Shown: positions 10,725 through 20,376, counted from the first letter of the stretch. The stretch: DNA of 50,203 bases from Pseudomonadota bacterium (GCA_046730955.1 JBKPKE010000038.1:1-50203), one strand, 5' to 3'. Made by a program: numbers and translations. The notes: generated by a model not told the origin, from the sequence alone.

Positions 10725-10771
10725 CGTCACGGCGCCATGACGTCATTTCCACGGGCTGCCCATCGGCATGA
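10721..10771 (+). other. 16-codon mini-ORF (MTSRRHDVISTGCPSA) bridging maf and coaE; possible aroE deletion scar
   Basis: Starts in an ATGA overlap with the maf stop and ends in an ATGA overlap with the coaE start. Confidence 0.4.
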
Positions 10772-11361
10772 TGCGTCTCGCGCTCACCGGATCCATCGGA
10801 ATGGGCAAGTCAACGGTCGCGAAGATGTTCGAACGCGCCGGCGTGCCGCTGTTCGATGCCGACGCGGTCGTGCGCGATCTTCAAGCCAAGGACGCGACCC
10901 TTATCGCTGCGACTGGGAAGCGCTTTCCGGGCACGGTCCACGACGGCAAGCTGGATCGGGAGGAGCTGGCTCGTCGAGTCTTGAGTCAGCCGGCTGAACT
11001 CGCCGCGCTTGAGGCCATCGTTCATCCCGCCGTTCATGCCGCGCGTACCCGCTTCATCCTCGATCATACCGATGCGCCCGCGTTGCTCTTCGACATTCCG
11101 CTTCTCTTCGAAACCGGAGGCGACGAGGCTTTCGACAAGGTGATCGTCGTTTCGGCTCCCCGAGAGATCCAGCAGGAACGTGTTCTCGCACGGGCCAATA
11201 TGACACCTGGCAAGTTCGAGGCAATTCTCGCTCGCCAGCTGCCGGACGAGGAGAAAAAGCGCCGTGCCGATTTCGTGATCGATACCAGCGGCGAGCTATC
11301 CACAACTGAACGCCAAGTGCTCGACATTCTGTCTTGTCTCGGGATTCCGGCGGGTCGATAG
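10768..11361 (+). CDS. coaE: Dephospho-CoA kinase
   Basis: ALTGSIGMGKSTV, DADAVV, LEAIVHP and DIPLLFE motifs. Confidence 0.97.
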   Translation: MMRLALTGSIGMGKSTVAKMFERAGVPLFDADAVVRDLQAKDATLIAATGKRFPGTVHDGKLDREELARRVLSQPAELAALEAIVHPAVHAARTRFILDHTDAPALLFDIPLLFETGGDEAFDKVIVVSAPREIQQERVLARANMTPGKFEAILARQLPDEEKKRRADFVIDTSGELSTTERQVLDILSCLGIPAGR

Positions 11362-11384
11362 AGGTGATGGGGCAGGGTAGAGCA

Positions 11385-12083
11385 GTGCGCGAGATCGTCT
11401 TCGACACCGAGACAACGGGTCTGAATCCGGCGACGGGCGACCGCATGGTCGAGATCGGCTGCATTGAGATGATCAATCGGGTCGAGACCGGCCGATCATT
11501 CCACGCCTATTTCAATCCGCTCCGCCCGATGCCGGCCGAGGCGGAAGCAGTTCACGGACTCAGCAATCTCTTCCTGTCGGCGCAGCCGCTTTTCGCCGAC
11601 CGCGTCGAGGAACTGATCGAATTCCTCGAGGATTCGCCGCTCGTTGCGCACAATGCCTCGTTCGATTTCGGATTCCTGAACAGCGAGTTGCAGCTCTGCG
11701 GCCGGCCGAGCGTGTGCATGAGCCGAATGGTCGACACTTTGGTCCTTGCTCGCGCACGGCATCCCGGTGCGAAGCATAGCCTTGATGCTCTTTGCACGCG
11801 CTTTGGCGTGGACCGCACCATGCGGATCAAACACGGGGCTCTCCTCGATGCCCAGTTGCTTGCGCAGGTCTACGTTGAGCTGACGGGTGGACGGCAGATC
11901 GGCCTCGGCCTTGTTGCTGATACCGACCCGGGAGGAATCAGCGTAAGCGGCAAGACCGTTACCGTTCGAGAACCGCGAATCCCGCGTCCGCATTTTGCAA
12001 GCGCGGAGGAACTGGAGCGGCATCGTGCGTTTATCGCGCATATGGCCAGCCCTTTGTGGGAGCGTTTCGCTCCTTCTGTCTGA
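11385..12083 (+). CDS. dnaQ: DNA polymerase III epsilon subunit (alternative start ATG 11367)
   Basis: REIVFDTETTG, VAHNASFD, SLDALC and HGALLDA (DEDDh exonuclease), plus GGRQ. Confidence 0.96.
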   Translation: MREIVFDTETTGLNPATGDRMVEIGCIEMINRVETGRSFHAYFNPLRPMPAEAEAVHGLSNLFLSAQPLFADRVEELIEFLEDSPLVAHNASFDFGFLNSELQLCGRPSVCMSRMVDTLVLARARHPGAKHSLDALCTRFGVDRTMRIKHGALLDAQLLAQVYVELTGGRQIGLGLVADTDPGGISVSGKTVTVREPRIPRPHFASAEELERHRAFIAHMASPLWERFAPSV

Positions 12084-12154
12084 GGCGCTGGTTGACGCCC
12101 AAGCGGTGCGGGTCCTAACGGGCCGCGCCTCGCGAGAAAGGAGGGGTAACCCAC

Positions 12155-12730
12155 GTGGACGTACGAGTTACGGGCCATCAGATCGACGTCGGCGAATCGC
12201 TGCGCGACCAGGCCATCGGCCGGATGGAGAATATTGCCGATAAATATTTCTCGCGTGCGGTTGCGGCCAGCGTGACCTTCAGCCCAGGCCCGCAAAACGA
12301 TTTTGTCTGCGACATTGTCGCCCCGGTGTCGCAAGGCATCGTGCTTAAGGCACATCACCGCGCCCAGGCCTCGCACATCGCCTTCGAAGCTGCTGCGGAC
12401 AAGATCGAGAAGCAGCTCCGGCGCTATGCGAAGCGTCTTCGTGAGCACAAAGGCGACGGCGCTGACGAGCTTGTGGAGAGCGCGGGCTACACGATCTTCG
12501 CCCCGCAGACGGAACAGGCGCCGGAAGCAGACGGCGAAGGGTCGCATCCGGCAATCGTTGCGGAGACTCGTGTCGACATCCCGGAGGCGAGCGTGTCCGA
12601 CGCGGTGATGCTCCTAGACCTGAGGAACACCAATGCATTGATGTTCAAGAATAGCGCTTCGGGTGAGCTGAACATGATCTATCGCCGCGAGGACGGAAAC
12701 ATCGGCTGGGTTGAACCGCAGGCCCGCTGA
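12155..12730 (+). CDS. hpf: Ribosome hibernation promoting factor (long HPF/RaiA)
   Basis: DVRVTGHQIDVGESLR, KIEKQLRRY and C-terminal YRREDGNIGW. Confidence 0.93.
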   Translation: MDVRVTGHQIDVGESLRDQAIGRMENIADKYFSRAVAASVTFSPGPQNDFVCDIVAPVSQGIVLKAHHRAQASHIAFEAAADKIEKQLRRYAKRLREHKGDGADELVESAGYTIFAPQTEQAPEADGEGSHPAIVAETRVDIPEASVSDAVMLLDLRNTNALMFKNSASGELNMIYRREDGNIGWVEPQAR

Positions 12731-12802
12731 CAAAATTTGTTATTCGTGTAATCCAGAGCCGGTGCGGCGGGGGCCGCATGGGTCACAACTTGGTCTTTGA
12801 CG

Positions 12803-13267
12803 ATGCACCTTTCGGACTTCCTCGATTTCGACGCGATCAAGCCGTCCTTGCCGGGCGGCAACAAGCGCGCGCTCCTGCAGCAGCTCGCGCAGATCGCCGC
12901 GCAGCGACTGAATCTGGATGGCGGCGAGATTCTCTCGAGCATCAGTGAGCGTGAGCGTCTGGGCTCGACCGGATTCGGACAGGGCGTGGCCATTCCCCAC
13001 GGCAAGATCGACGGTTTGAACCGTATCTACTGCCTATTCGTGCGCATGTCCGAGCCCGTCGATTACAAGGCGATCGACGGTCGCAAGGTCGACCTCGTCT
13101 TTCTTCTGCTGTCGCCGCCGGATGCAGGCGCCGAGCATCTGAAGGCGCTGGCTTCAATCAGCCGCGTTACCCGCCACGCGCCGACTTTGGAGAAGATGCG
13201 CGGTGCCCGGAGCCGCGACGCACTTGCGGCCGTGCTCCTGGGGGCTGACGAGCGCGACGCCGCCTGA
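12803..13267 (+). CDS. ptsN: PTS EIIA(Ntr)
   Basis: RERLGSTGFGQGVAIPHG and HLKALA motifs; follows hpf. Confidence 0.93.
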   Translation: MHLSDFLDFDAIKPSLPGGNKRALLQQLAQIAAQRLNLDGGEILSSISERERLGSTGFGQGVAIPHGKIDGLNRIYCLFVRMSEPVDYKAIDGRKVDLVFLLLSPPDAGAEHLKALASISRVTRHAPTLEKMRGARSRDALAAVLLGADERDAA

Positions 13268-13277
13268 TGATGGGCGA

Positions 13278-13619
13278 GTGACCGAACGTCTGCCGGCGCA
13301 TGTTGAGGCGGCCGGCTTCATTCGCCGAACACAGGCTGAAGGGGGTTTCGCGGCGATCCTCAGAAAAGGCGACCCGGATAGCGGCGCATTGACCCTGATC
13401 GTTCGCGAAAGGGGAGAATTGCGCGGATTTCTTGAGCGGGAGCTGGGACCGAACTTCACTTACAGCTGGTCCTTCAAGCGGTTCGAACCACGTTCCGAAG
13501 GCGATTCTGTTTCAGAGCTTGTCGCGCGGAAGGAGCGGTTTGACCCCGATTTTTGGTTAATTGAACTGGACATCGCGGACCCGGAACGATTCATCGCTGA
13601 AACGACCCATCCGGGTTGA
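13278..13619 (+). CDS. DUF1491 family protein
   Basis: GGFAAILRKGDPDSGA...FDPDFWLIEL pattern; GTG start. Confidence 0.8.
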   Translation: MTERLPAHVEAAGFIRRTQAEGGFAAILRKGDPDSGALTLIVRERGELRGFLERELGPNFTYSWSFKRFEPRSEGDSVSELVARKERFDPDFWLIELDIADPERFIAETTHPG

Positions 13620-13796
13620 CCCTTAGTCCTCCGGGCTGGAACACAGGGGCAAGACAGAGAGCGGGGGGCATTTCCAAGCCGGGACGAGCCGGCGGAGTGT
13701 CACGCGAGACGGGGAATTTCCTAGGGCGCAAGTTGTTGCTTTTTAAGCGTTTTGTGACGCGCCCATAGGCGGTTCACCGCACTGAATACGGACAAT

Positions 13797-14450
13797 ATGT
13801 TGTTTTCCTTCCGATCGGCACTGCTGATCTTCGCCGCTGCAAGCGCCAGTTCCGTGGCTCCGGCCCAGGTTGGTCCGAGCTCAGAGCCGTTGATCCCAGT
13901 GACTCAGGCATCCTTTCCGAAGGTCGTAGTGCCTGAGAAGATTGAATATCCCGCGCTCCCGGATTCGACGGATCCGGTGGAGACCGAGGAGACCGCTAAC
14001 GCTCCTCAAACAATTACCCCTCCTGCAAAGCCGACCGGCGATCTGAGTTCCCTCGTAGCGCAGCTTCGCGGTAGCGATGCCGGAAGCCGCGAGCTCGAAT
14101 GCCTGGCCGCAGGTGTGTACTTCGAATCGAAGAGCGAGCCGCTCGGTGGCCAGCTGGCAGTCGGGCAGGTCATCGCCAATCGCGCCAATTCGCACGGGCG
14201 TTTCCCGTCTTCATACTGCGGCGTTCTGTTTCAGCGGGGGCAGTTCAGCTTCATCCGCGGCGGTCATTGGCCAGCGGTGAACCGGTCGGGCCGTCAGTGG
14301 CAGAATGCAGTTGCGATCGCCAAGATCGTCGATCAGGACCTGAAGGATTCCGAAGCTGAGAACGCTTTGTTCTTTCACGCCAAGCGCGTCTCCCCGGGCT
14401 GGCGTCTCAAGCGAGTGGCGTCGATCGGCAATCACGTTTTCTATCGCTAG
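13797..14450 (+). CDS. Cell wall hydrolase, SleB/Hydrolase_2 family, exported
   Basis: Signal peptide; CLAAGVYFESKSE, GQLAVGQVIANR, QFSF, ALFFHA and IGNHVFYR motifs. Confidence 0.9.
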   Translation: MLFSFRSALLIFAAASASSVAPAQVGPSSEPLIPVTQASFPKVVVPEKIEYPALPDSTDPVETEETANAPQTITPPAKPTGDLSSLVAQLRGSDAGSRELECLAAGVYFESKSEPLGGQLAVGQVIANRANSHGRFPSSYCGVLFQRGQFSFIRGGHWPAVNRSGRQWQNAVAIAKIVDQDLKDSEAENALFFHAKRVSPGWRLKRVASIGNHVFYR

Positions 14451-14463
14451 AAGCATTTCTCCT

Positions 14464-14478
14464 ATTCTTGGTTTGTTC
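14464..14478 (+). promoter_or_regulatory. Putative LexA (SOS) box upstream of mmcB
   Basis: ATTC-TTGGTTT-GTTC, one mismatch to the alphaproteobacterial GTTC-N7-GTTC box, ending 14 bp before the mmcB ATG. Confidence 0.6.
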
Positions 14479-14492
14479 TAGGGTGGCCAGCG

Positions 14493-14975
14493 ATGGCCAC
14501 CCTTATTGATTCGTGCTTTCAGGACGCCGCGCCGATCGCCGCTGAAGTGGCCCGCGGCGTCACGCGTCTGTTCTGCCGCCAGGATCTTTTCGCGATCTGC
14601 GAAGTCCCGCTGCCCAATGGCCGTCGCGCCGACATGATGGCCATCGATGCCAGGGGCGCTCTGACGATCGTGGAAATCAAGGTGGCCAAGCCCGACCTGC
14701 TCGGCGACGGCAAGTGGACGGACTATCTGGAATATTGCGACCGTTTCTTCTGGGCTGTCCCGCCGCACTTGGCCGGGATTTGCGAAGGCGAGCGATTCCT
14801 TCCGAATGAAGCTGGGCTCATTGTCGCCGATCGGTATGACGCCGCGCTCGTTCGGGACGCAACGCATCGCCCGCTTGCGCCTGCGCGACGGAAGGCTGAA
14901 TTACTTCGGTTCGCGAGGCGCGCGGCGCGGCGCCTGTCGATGCAGATCGATCCTAGTCTCGGCGACGATTACTGA
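14493..14975 (+). CDS. mmcB: MmcB family DNA repair endonuclease
   Basis: EVPLPNGRRADMM...IVEIKVAKPDLLGDGKWTDYLEYCDRFFWA (PD-(D/E)XK-like), plus GLIVADRYDA. Confidence 0.9.
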   Translation: MATLIDSCFQDAAPIAAEVARGVTRLFCRQDLFAICEVPLPNGRRADMMAIDARGALTIVEIKVAKPDLLGDGKWTDYLEYCDRFFWAVPPHLAGICEGERFLPNEAGLIVADRYDAALVRDATHRPLAPARRKAELLRFARRAARRLSMQIDPSLGDDY

Positions 14976-15622
14976 GGCTTTTTCAGGTCGAAGCTGTTGA
15001 GGTCGGTCGATTTCGCCTGCGTCTTTGCGGGCGCGGCCGTTTTTGCCTTTCCGGCAGCTTCGATAGCCGCGAGAAGCTGCGGCGTCCGCGAGTCCCTCTT
15101 GGCGTAGTCGCGCGCAGTGTAGCCGGCGGCCGAGTCCGCTTTGTCGGGATTGGCACCCTTGGCGAGCAACAGTTTCACGGCTTCAACTTCTCGCTGCTGC
15201 ACTGCGACGATGAGCGGCGTTTCCCCCATCTTGTTGGCCAAGTCGACCTTCGCCCCGTACTTCAGCAGCAACTCGATCGCGTCCGTGTAGCCGACGCGCG
15301 CCGCGGCCATCAAAGGAGTGTCGCCTCTGCCGTCCTGGAGATTCGTGTCCGCGCCGTTGCCGATGAGGAAGCGCGTCCATAGATCGTCGCTGCGACTGAG
15401 CACGATGTTGAGCGCGGTTTGTCCCTTGGCGTTGCGCGTGTTGACCACGCTAGGACGGCTGGTGAGGATCTCCGTAGCCTTGTCGCCGTCACGGTCGCGA
15501 ACGGCATTCATGAAAGGCTCTACGTCGGAGACGTAAGACTGCTGTGCCAGCGCTGGTCCGGCAAGCGCTGCAGCAACAAAGGCGACAAATGCGAAGCGCT
15601 TCAAATTCCCTGACCTTTTCAT
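14969..15622 (-). CDS. Exported ankyrin-repeat protein
   Basis: Signal peptide (…AGPALAQQ); GQTAL, GDTPLMAAA and GETPLIVAV ankyrin repeats; AAGGAG RBS before ATG 15622. Confidence 0.88.
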   Translation of the reverse strand: MKRSGNLKRFAFVAFVAAALAGPALAQQSYVSDVEPFMNAVRDRDGDKATEILTSRPSVVNTRNAKGQTALNIVLSRSDDLWTRFLIGNGADTNLQDGRGDTPLMAAARVGYTDAIELLLKYGAKVDLANKMGETPLIVAVQQREVEAVKLLLAKGANPDKADSAAGYTARDYAKRDSRTPQLLAAIEAAGKAKTAAPAKTQAKSTDLNSFDLKKPQ

Positions 15623-15671
15623 CCCCGGCTCCTTGAAGGAAGGCAGATAGCAGAGCATGTCTGAACTTGTC

Positions 15672-16121
15672 ATGGCCGATGAGCGCACATCTTCGCAGCC
15701 CTTTTGGGAGAAGCCCCTGCCCGAGCTGGACCGGGGTCAGTGGGAAGCGCTGTGCGACGGCTGCGGCAGGTGCTGCCTGCACAAGCTCGAAGATGAAGAG
15801 ACCGGGCTTCTTTATCCGACAAATGTCGCGTGCGAGCTTCTCGACCGGAGGAACGGGCGCTGCACGGATTATGCGCACCGGAAGCAGCGAGTAATCGATT
15901 GTGTAGTCCTCGACAGGAAAAGCGTCGGGAAGCTCGACTGGCTTCCGGAGACCTGTGCATATCGCCTCCGTTCGGAGGGAAAACCACTGCCAAGCTGGCA
16001 TTACCTGATCTCGGGAAGCACCGAGACGGTACATGAGGCCGGTCAGTCGACCCGCGGTTGGACCGTAAGCGAGGCGGATGTTGATGAGCTGGAGGATCAT
16101 GTCATCGATAAGGCGCTCTAA
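15672..16121 (+). CDS. YcgN family cysteine-cluster protein
   Basis: WEALCDGCGRCCLHKLEDE and WLPETCAYR motifs. Confidence 0.9.
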   Translation: MADERTSSQPFWEKPLPELDRGQWEALCDGCGRCCLHKLEDEETGLLYPTNVACELLDRRNGRCTDYAHRKQRVIDCVVLDRKSVGKLDWLPETCAYRLRSEGKPLPSWHYLISGSTETVHEAGQSTRGWTVSEADVDELEDHVIDKAL

Positions 16122-16818
16122 GGCGCTTGTTCGACGCGACGATCTTCCTTTGCCCGTGGAGATTCACGCCATCCGCGGCGCCAGGCGGCTTCGCCTCCGG
16201 CTGGATGAAAAGAGGGGGCTGCTGAAGCTGACGGGGCCCATGCGCATGAATCGCAAGGCCGCGCTGGATTGGGCAGCGCAACAGCGCGAATGGGTGGAAA
16301 GCCAGATCGGGGCCATGCTTCCCGCCGAGCCCCTGGTCGCGGGAGCCCGCATTCCACTCGAGGGCGAAGATGTGGAGCTGGTCTGGGTTGAGCGCGCAGC
16401 GCGAACCGCGTCCCTTGAGGATGGCCAACTGATCTGCGGGGGATCGCGTGAGGGTTTCGCTCGCCGCATCGAACTTTTTCTCAAACGGCAGGCACTTCAG
16501 ACCCTATCGCTCGAAACTTCCGAGATCGCTGAGAAGGCCGGCGTTACGGTCCGCTCGGTAACGGTCGGAGACGCAGACACAAGGTGGGGAAGCTGTTCTT
16601 CGGCCGGCCGCATTCGCTACAGCTGGCGGCTGATCCTCGCACCGCCTGTGGCGCGGCGTTACGTGGTGGCGCACGAGGTTGCCCACATGCGGCACATGAA
16701 TCACGGCGACGAATTCAGGGCTTTGGAACGTCAGCTCTTCGGCGGTGACACCGGTGCCGCGAAGTTATTGCTGCGGCGTGTCGGGGGCCGGCTGAAGCGG
16801 ATCGGGCTGGGGAACTGA
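16099..16818 (+). CDS. YgjP/M48-like metallopeptidase-domain protein
   Basis: TRWGSCS, YSWRLILAP and YVVAHEVAHMRHMNH; GGAGG before ATG 16099. Confidence 0.85.
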   Translation: MSSIRRSKALVRRDDLPLPVEIHAIRGARRLRLRLDEKRGLLKLTGPMRMNRKAALDWAAQQREWVESQIGAMLPAEPLVAGARIPLEGEDVELVWVERAARTASLEDGQLICGGSREGFARRIELFLKRQALQTLSLETSEIAEKAGVTVRSVTVGDADTRWGSCSSAGRIRYSWRLILAPPVARRYVVAHEVAHMRHMNHGDEFRALERQLFGGDTGAAKLLLRRVGGRLKRIGLGN

Positions 16819-18900
16819 TCGAGGCTGTGGCGGCCGCACGACCTGCGGCTGCTGTTGCTGCGGTTGCGGCACCGGTTGACGCGTCGGCTGACCGGGCCGC
16901 TGCTGACCCGGCGGCAGCACCTGGTCGAGCCATTGCTGATCGACCTGCCCGTTCTGCGGAGGCAATTGGGCGCCCGGGGCCGGCATAGTGTCCGCTGGCT
17001 GATTCGGGAGCGGATTGCCGTTCTCATCGACGAGCGGTTCGAAACCGGCCTGGTTCTCATCGACATATTCAGCGCCGTCGTCCCCAAGGTCCCAGTTGGG
17101 GATCGGCACTTCGGTCTGGAACTGCTCGACCGGCCGTTTCGCGACTGCGATGGCCATGAAATCATGGAAAGCCCGCGCGGGCGCAGTGCCGCCCTGGAGC
17201 CCGGCGATCGCCTTCGCGTCGTCCCGGCCCATCCAGACTCCGGTCGTGAGGCCGCTTGAGAAGCCGATAAACCAGCCGTCCCTGTTGGACTGAGTGGTGC
17301 CCGTCTTTCCCGCGACTGGCCGACCGATTTGGGCGGCACGGCCAGTGCCGGTCATGACCGCCGACTGGAGGAGGTCCGTCATTCCGGCCGCGACCCACGG
17401 GGCAACAAGCACGCGCCCTTCCTCGGCATCGTGCTGGTAAAGCATGCGCCCGTCCGCCGTCACCACGCGGCGTATTGCGTAGGGAGCGACGGACACGCCC
17501 TGATTCGCGACCGATGCGAAGGCCCTAGTCATGTCGATCAGGCGAACGTCGCTCGTTCCAAGGACCATCGACGGGAACGTCGAGATCTTGCTGCTTATGC
17601 CGAACCGCCGGGCCATGTCGGCGATTGTGCCGAATCCGATCTGAGCTCCGATCTTGGCGCTGATGGTGTTGATCGACAGGGAGAACGCCTCGCGAAGCGT
17701 CACCTGACCCCGGTACGTCCGGGTCGAGTTGCGCGGCGTCCAGCCGTCGATGGTTACGGGCTCATCGACGATCGTGTCCGTCGGCTTCATCCCGGATTCG
17801 AGCGCGGACAGATAGACGAACAATTTGAAGGCCGAACCCGGCTGCCGTTCAGCCTGGGTCGCCCGATTATAGATCGACGTAACGTAATCCCGTCCGCCCA
17901 CCATCGCACGAACCGCACCGTCGCGATCGATGGCGACCAGCGCGCCCTGTGCGTTCTGCGGGGCATTGGCTACAATTGCCCGGTCCGCCGCCGCCTGCAT
18001 GGTCGGATCGAGCGTAGTCCAGACTTCGATTGGCTCGCTGCTTTCATCGATCAGCGTATCGAGTTGCGGCAAAGCCCAGTCGGTAAAGTAGCGGACGCTG
18101 TTCTGCTTCGTGGTCGGCTGAAGTCTGATCGCATTCGCGTCGACCTGAGCAGCACTGGCTGCATCGACGAACCCGTTTTCGACCATGGTCTGGAGCACGA
18201 CCTGCGAGCGTGAGCGTGCCGCTTCCACGTCGGCGGTCGGCGAATAGTTCGATGGAGCCTTGACCAGGCCGGCGATGATGGCAGCCTCGCCCAGCGAAAG
18301 CGATCGAGCGCTATGCCCGAAGAATCGCCGGGAAGCCGCGTCGATGCCGTAAGCGCCGCCGCCGAAATAGACGCGGTTCAGATAAAGCTCGAGAACCTGA
18401 TTCTTTGAGAATTTGCGCTCGATCGCGATCGCGAGGATGGCTTCCTTGATCTTGCGGCCGAACGTCCGGTTGTTCGTCAGGAATATGTTTCGCGCGAGCT
18501 GTTGGGTGATCGTCGACCCTCCCTGCGCCCAGTGGCCGCGTTCCACACGCGTCTTCACGGCGCGCGCCATTCCGATCGGATCGACGCCGATGTGCGAGCG
18601 GAAGCGCTTGTCCTCAACTGCAATCATTGCCGCGCGCATTTCAGGCGGGATCTGCTCGTAGGGCAGCCACTGGCCGAAACTCGGTCCGATGTTCACGAGA
18701 ACGGCGCCGTTGGCCGCGCGAACACGGATCATCTGCCCTAGGTCGGAACGCCGGGACAAAGCCTGAAAGCTCGGAAGGTTGGCGTACGCTACCGCCACCG
18801 CGACGATGAGCGCGAGGAGGCCGACAAGCGCAAGATAGACGAGGGCCTTGAAAGCAGTCGCGAGCGGCCTGCGGGACGAGGTGGGACTGACGCGGGCCAT
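16765..18900 (-). CDS. Class A penicillin-binding protein (PBP1A family)
   Basis: Transglycosylase motifs EDKRF, GGSTITQQL, RKIKE and ELYLN; transpeptidase motifs SAFK, SIN and KTG; Pro/Gln-rich tail. Confidence 0.95.
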   Translation of the reverse strand: MARVSPTSSRRPLATAFKALVYLALVGLLALIVAVAVAYANLPSFQALSRRSDLGQMIRVRAANGAVLVNIGPSFGQWLPYEQIPPEMRAAMIAVEDKRFRSHIGVDPIGMARAVKTRVERGHWAQGGSTITQQLARNIFLTNNRTFGRKIKEAILAIAIERKFSKNQVLELYLNRVYFGGGAYGIDAASRRFFGHSARSLSLGEAAIIAGLVKAPSNYSPTADVEAARSRSQVVLQTMVENGFVDAASAAQVDANAIRLQPTTKQNSVRYFTDWALPQLDTLIDESSEPIEVWTTLDPTMQAAADRAIVANAPQNAQGALVAIDRDGAVRAMVGGRDYVTSIYNRATQAERQPGSAFKLFVYLSALESGMKPTDTIVDEPVTIDGWTPRNSTRTYRGQVTLREAFSLSINTISAKIGAQIGFGTIADMARRFGISSKISTFPSMVLGTSDVRLIDMTRAFASVANQGVSVAPYAIRRVVTADGRMLYQHDAEEGRVLVAPWVAAGMTDLLQSAVMTGTGRAAQIGRPVAGKTGTTQSNRDGWFIGFSSGLTTGVWMGRDDAKAIAGLQGGTAPARAFHDFMAIAVAKRPVEQFQTEVPIPNWDLGDDGAEYVDENQAGFEPLVDENGNPLPNQPADTMPAPGAQLPPQNGQVDQQWLDQVLPPGQQRPGQPTRQPVPQPQQQQPQVVRPPQPRSVPQPDPLQPAPDTPQQ

Positions 18901-18974
18901 TTCTGCTCAAGGGATAGAAAGTCGTGACGGCGTCGACAAGCTTCTGTCGGAAGGGGCGACTGTAACAACGGAGG

Positions 18975-18991
18975 TTAGCGCAGGATTAACC
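18975..18991. promoter_or_regulatory. Putative CtrA box upstream of the first DUF4402 gene (divergent from PBP1A)
   Basis: TTAG-CGCAGGA-TTAACC versus the consensus TTAA-N7-TTAAC. Confidence 0.5.
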
Positions 18992-19024
18992 CTGTCTTGA
19001 GCTTTGGCCGATATCAGTCCCGGC

Positions 19025-19549
19025 ATGATGGGACGATCTGTGTTCCTCGTGTTCGTACCTTTCGCGGCTTTGCTGCTCGCGGGTAGCTCCGACGCGCGCG
19101 CGCAATGCCGGCTGTGCGGGACGCCCACGACGCGGCCGACGACCGATCCCGACCTCCGTCCGATGGAGCTGGAAGTCCAGGCAGTGCTCGACTTCGACCG
19201 CATCGTTGTCCTTGGAAATGGGGAGGGCACCGCCACTTTGAGACCGGATGGAACCCGCCACGTAACAGGTTCCGTCGAGGCAATCAGCGGTCGCGCAATG
19301 GTTGGCGAAGCCCGCGTTCGAGGCGAGCCCGGGCGGTCGATCCGCGTCGACATGCCGTCTCGTATCGAGCTTCATTCGGTGAACGGCGCGACGATCAGTA
19401 TTGACGAGATCGTCACGGATCTTTCCCAGCAACCCAAGCTCGATTCTTCGGGCGGCCTATTGTTCCGATTCGGTGGGCGGTTGCGGCTTAGCGGGAATAG
19501 CGACGGCGATTTCCGCGGCGAACTGCCGATCACAGTCGAATATCTCTGA
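19025..19549 (+). CDS. DUF4402-like exported protein (putative minor fibre subunit)
   Basis: Signal peptide, QCRLC, LDFDRI, FRFGGRL and C-terminal G.F.G...ITVEY, the DUF4402/spore-coat-U-like pilin pattern. Confidence 0.72.
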   Translation: MMGRSVFLVFVPFAALLLAGSSDARAQCRLCGTPTTRPTTDPDLRPMELEVQAVLDFDRIVVLGNGEGTATLRPDGTRHVTGSVEAISGRAMVGEARVRGEPGRSIRVDMPSRIELHSVNGATISIDEIVTDLSQQPKLDSSGGLLFRFGGRLRLSGNSDGDFRGELPITVEYL

Positions 19550-19695
19550 CTTTCTCCAAAGCGGATGAAAGTCTTTCCGGATCGGTAACCATCCCCTTGA
19601 GGAAAGCCGTAAGCGCTTGCGGTTAATGGGACAAATACGGGTGACCTGACCAGCGGTCGGCCAGCCGGCGAATTGGACCAAGTGGGGAATCTCAG

Positions 19696-20226
19696 ATGAA
19701 GAACATTCTTCGTGTATCGCTGGCCGCTTCCGTTGCGGCTCTAACGCTGGCTTCGACGCCGGCGCTCGCCGCGCCGGTTGGCGCAACCACGCCGGCAACG
19801 GCAACCGCCAAGATCGTCAAGCCGCTGACGCTGACGGCCACGGGCGCCCTCAATTTCGGAACGATCCTGATTCCGTCGGCTGGCGTCACAGCCACGCGCA
19901 CGGTTACGCTCAGCAACGGCAACGTCCGCGATTGCGGCTCCAGCGGTGAGCTGATCTGCGCCGCGACGGACATCACTTCGGTCCCGACGTACAACGTCAA
20001 GGGTACGAACAAGATGGTCGTGAACGTCATCAAGACGGCGAGCTCGCTCAGCGGCTCGAACGGCGGCACCCTGGCGTTCCGCCCGACCGGCCCGGCAACG
20101 GTGACCCTGCCCAACTCGGGCACCGGCGGCGTCGACTTCCAGATCGGCGGGGACATCGACATCGTCCCGGCGACCGTTGACGGCACCTACTCGGGCAACA
20201 TCGACGTCACCGTCGACTACCCGTAA
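19696..20226 (+). CDS. DUF4402-like exported protein (putative major fibre subunit)
   Basis: Signal peptide; ATATAKIVKPLTL, LNFGTI, a Cys pair, FQIGG and GTYSGNIDVTVDY. Strongly GC3-biased codons; own terminator. Confidence 0.8.
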   Translation: MKNILRVSLAASVAALTLASTPALAAPVGATTPATATAKIVKPLTLTATGALNFGTILIPSAGVTATRTVTLSNGNVRDCGSSGELICAATDITSVPTYNVKGTNKMVVNVIKTASSLSGSNGGTLAFRPTGPATVTLPNSGTGGVDFQIGGDIDIVPATVDGTYSGNIDVTVDYP

Positions 20227-20258
20227 GAAATCCCGGTCTTTCTCGACCGACCAGACGG

Positions 20259-20288
20259 AGGGGCTGCGGGAAACCGCGGCCCCTTTTC
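20259..20288 (+). terminator. Rho-independent terminator after the major DUF4402 gene
   Basis: AGGGGCTGCGG-GAAA-CCGCGGCCCCT followed by TTT. Confidence 0.8.
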
Positions 20289-20311
20289 GTTATCGCCAAG
20301 TCTGAAGCGGC

Positions 20312-20334
20312 ATGGTTAGCCGGATTTCAACCAT
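20312..20334. promoter_or_regulatory. Putative CtrA box upstream of the chaperone gene
   Basis: ATGG-TTAG-CCGGATT-TCAA-CCAT: N7 spacing with symmetric ATGGTT/AACCAT flanks. Confidence 0.5.
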
Positions 20335-20376
20335 TTTGGGTGAATTCTCCTCCGCAAATCCGAGAGGAGTCTGTTC

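Noticed and set aside
13620-13796. Long leader before the cell-wall hydrolase as an ncRNA or CtrA site
   Set aside because: Only short scattered complementarity and a poor TTAA-N7-GTGA match; insufficient support.
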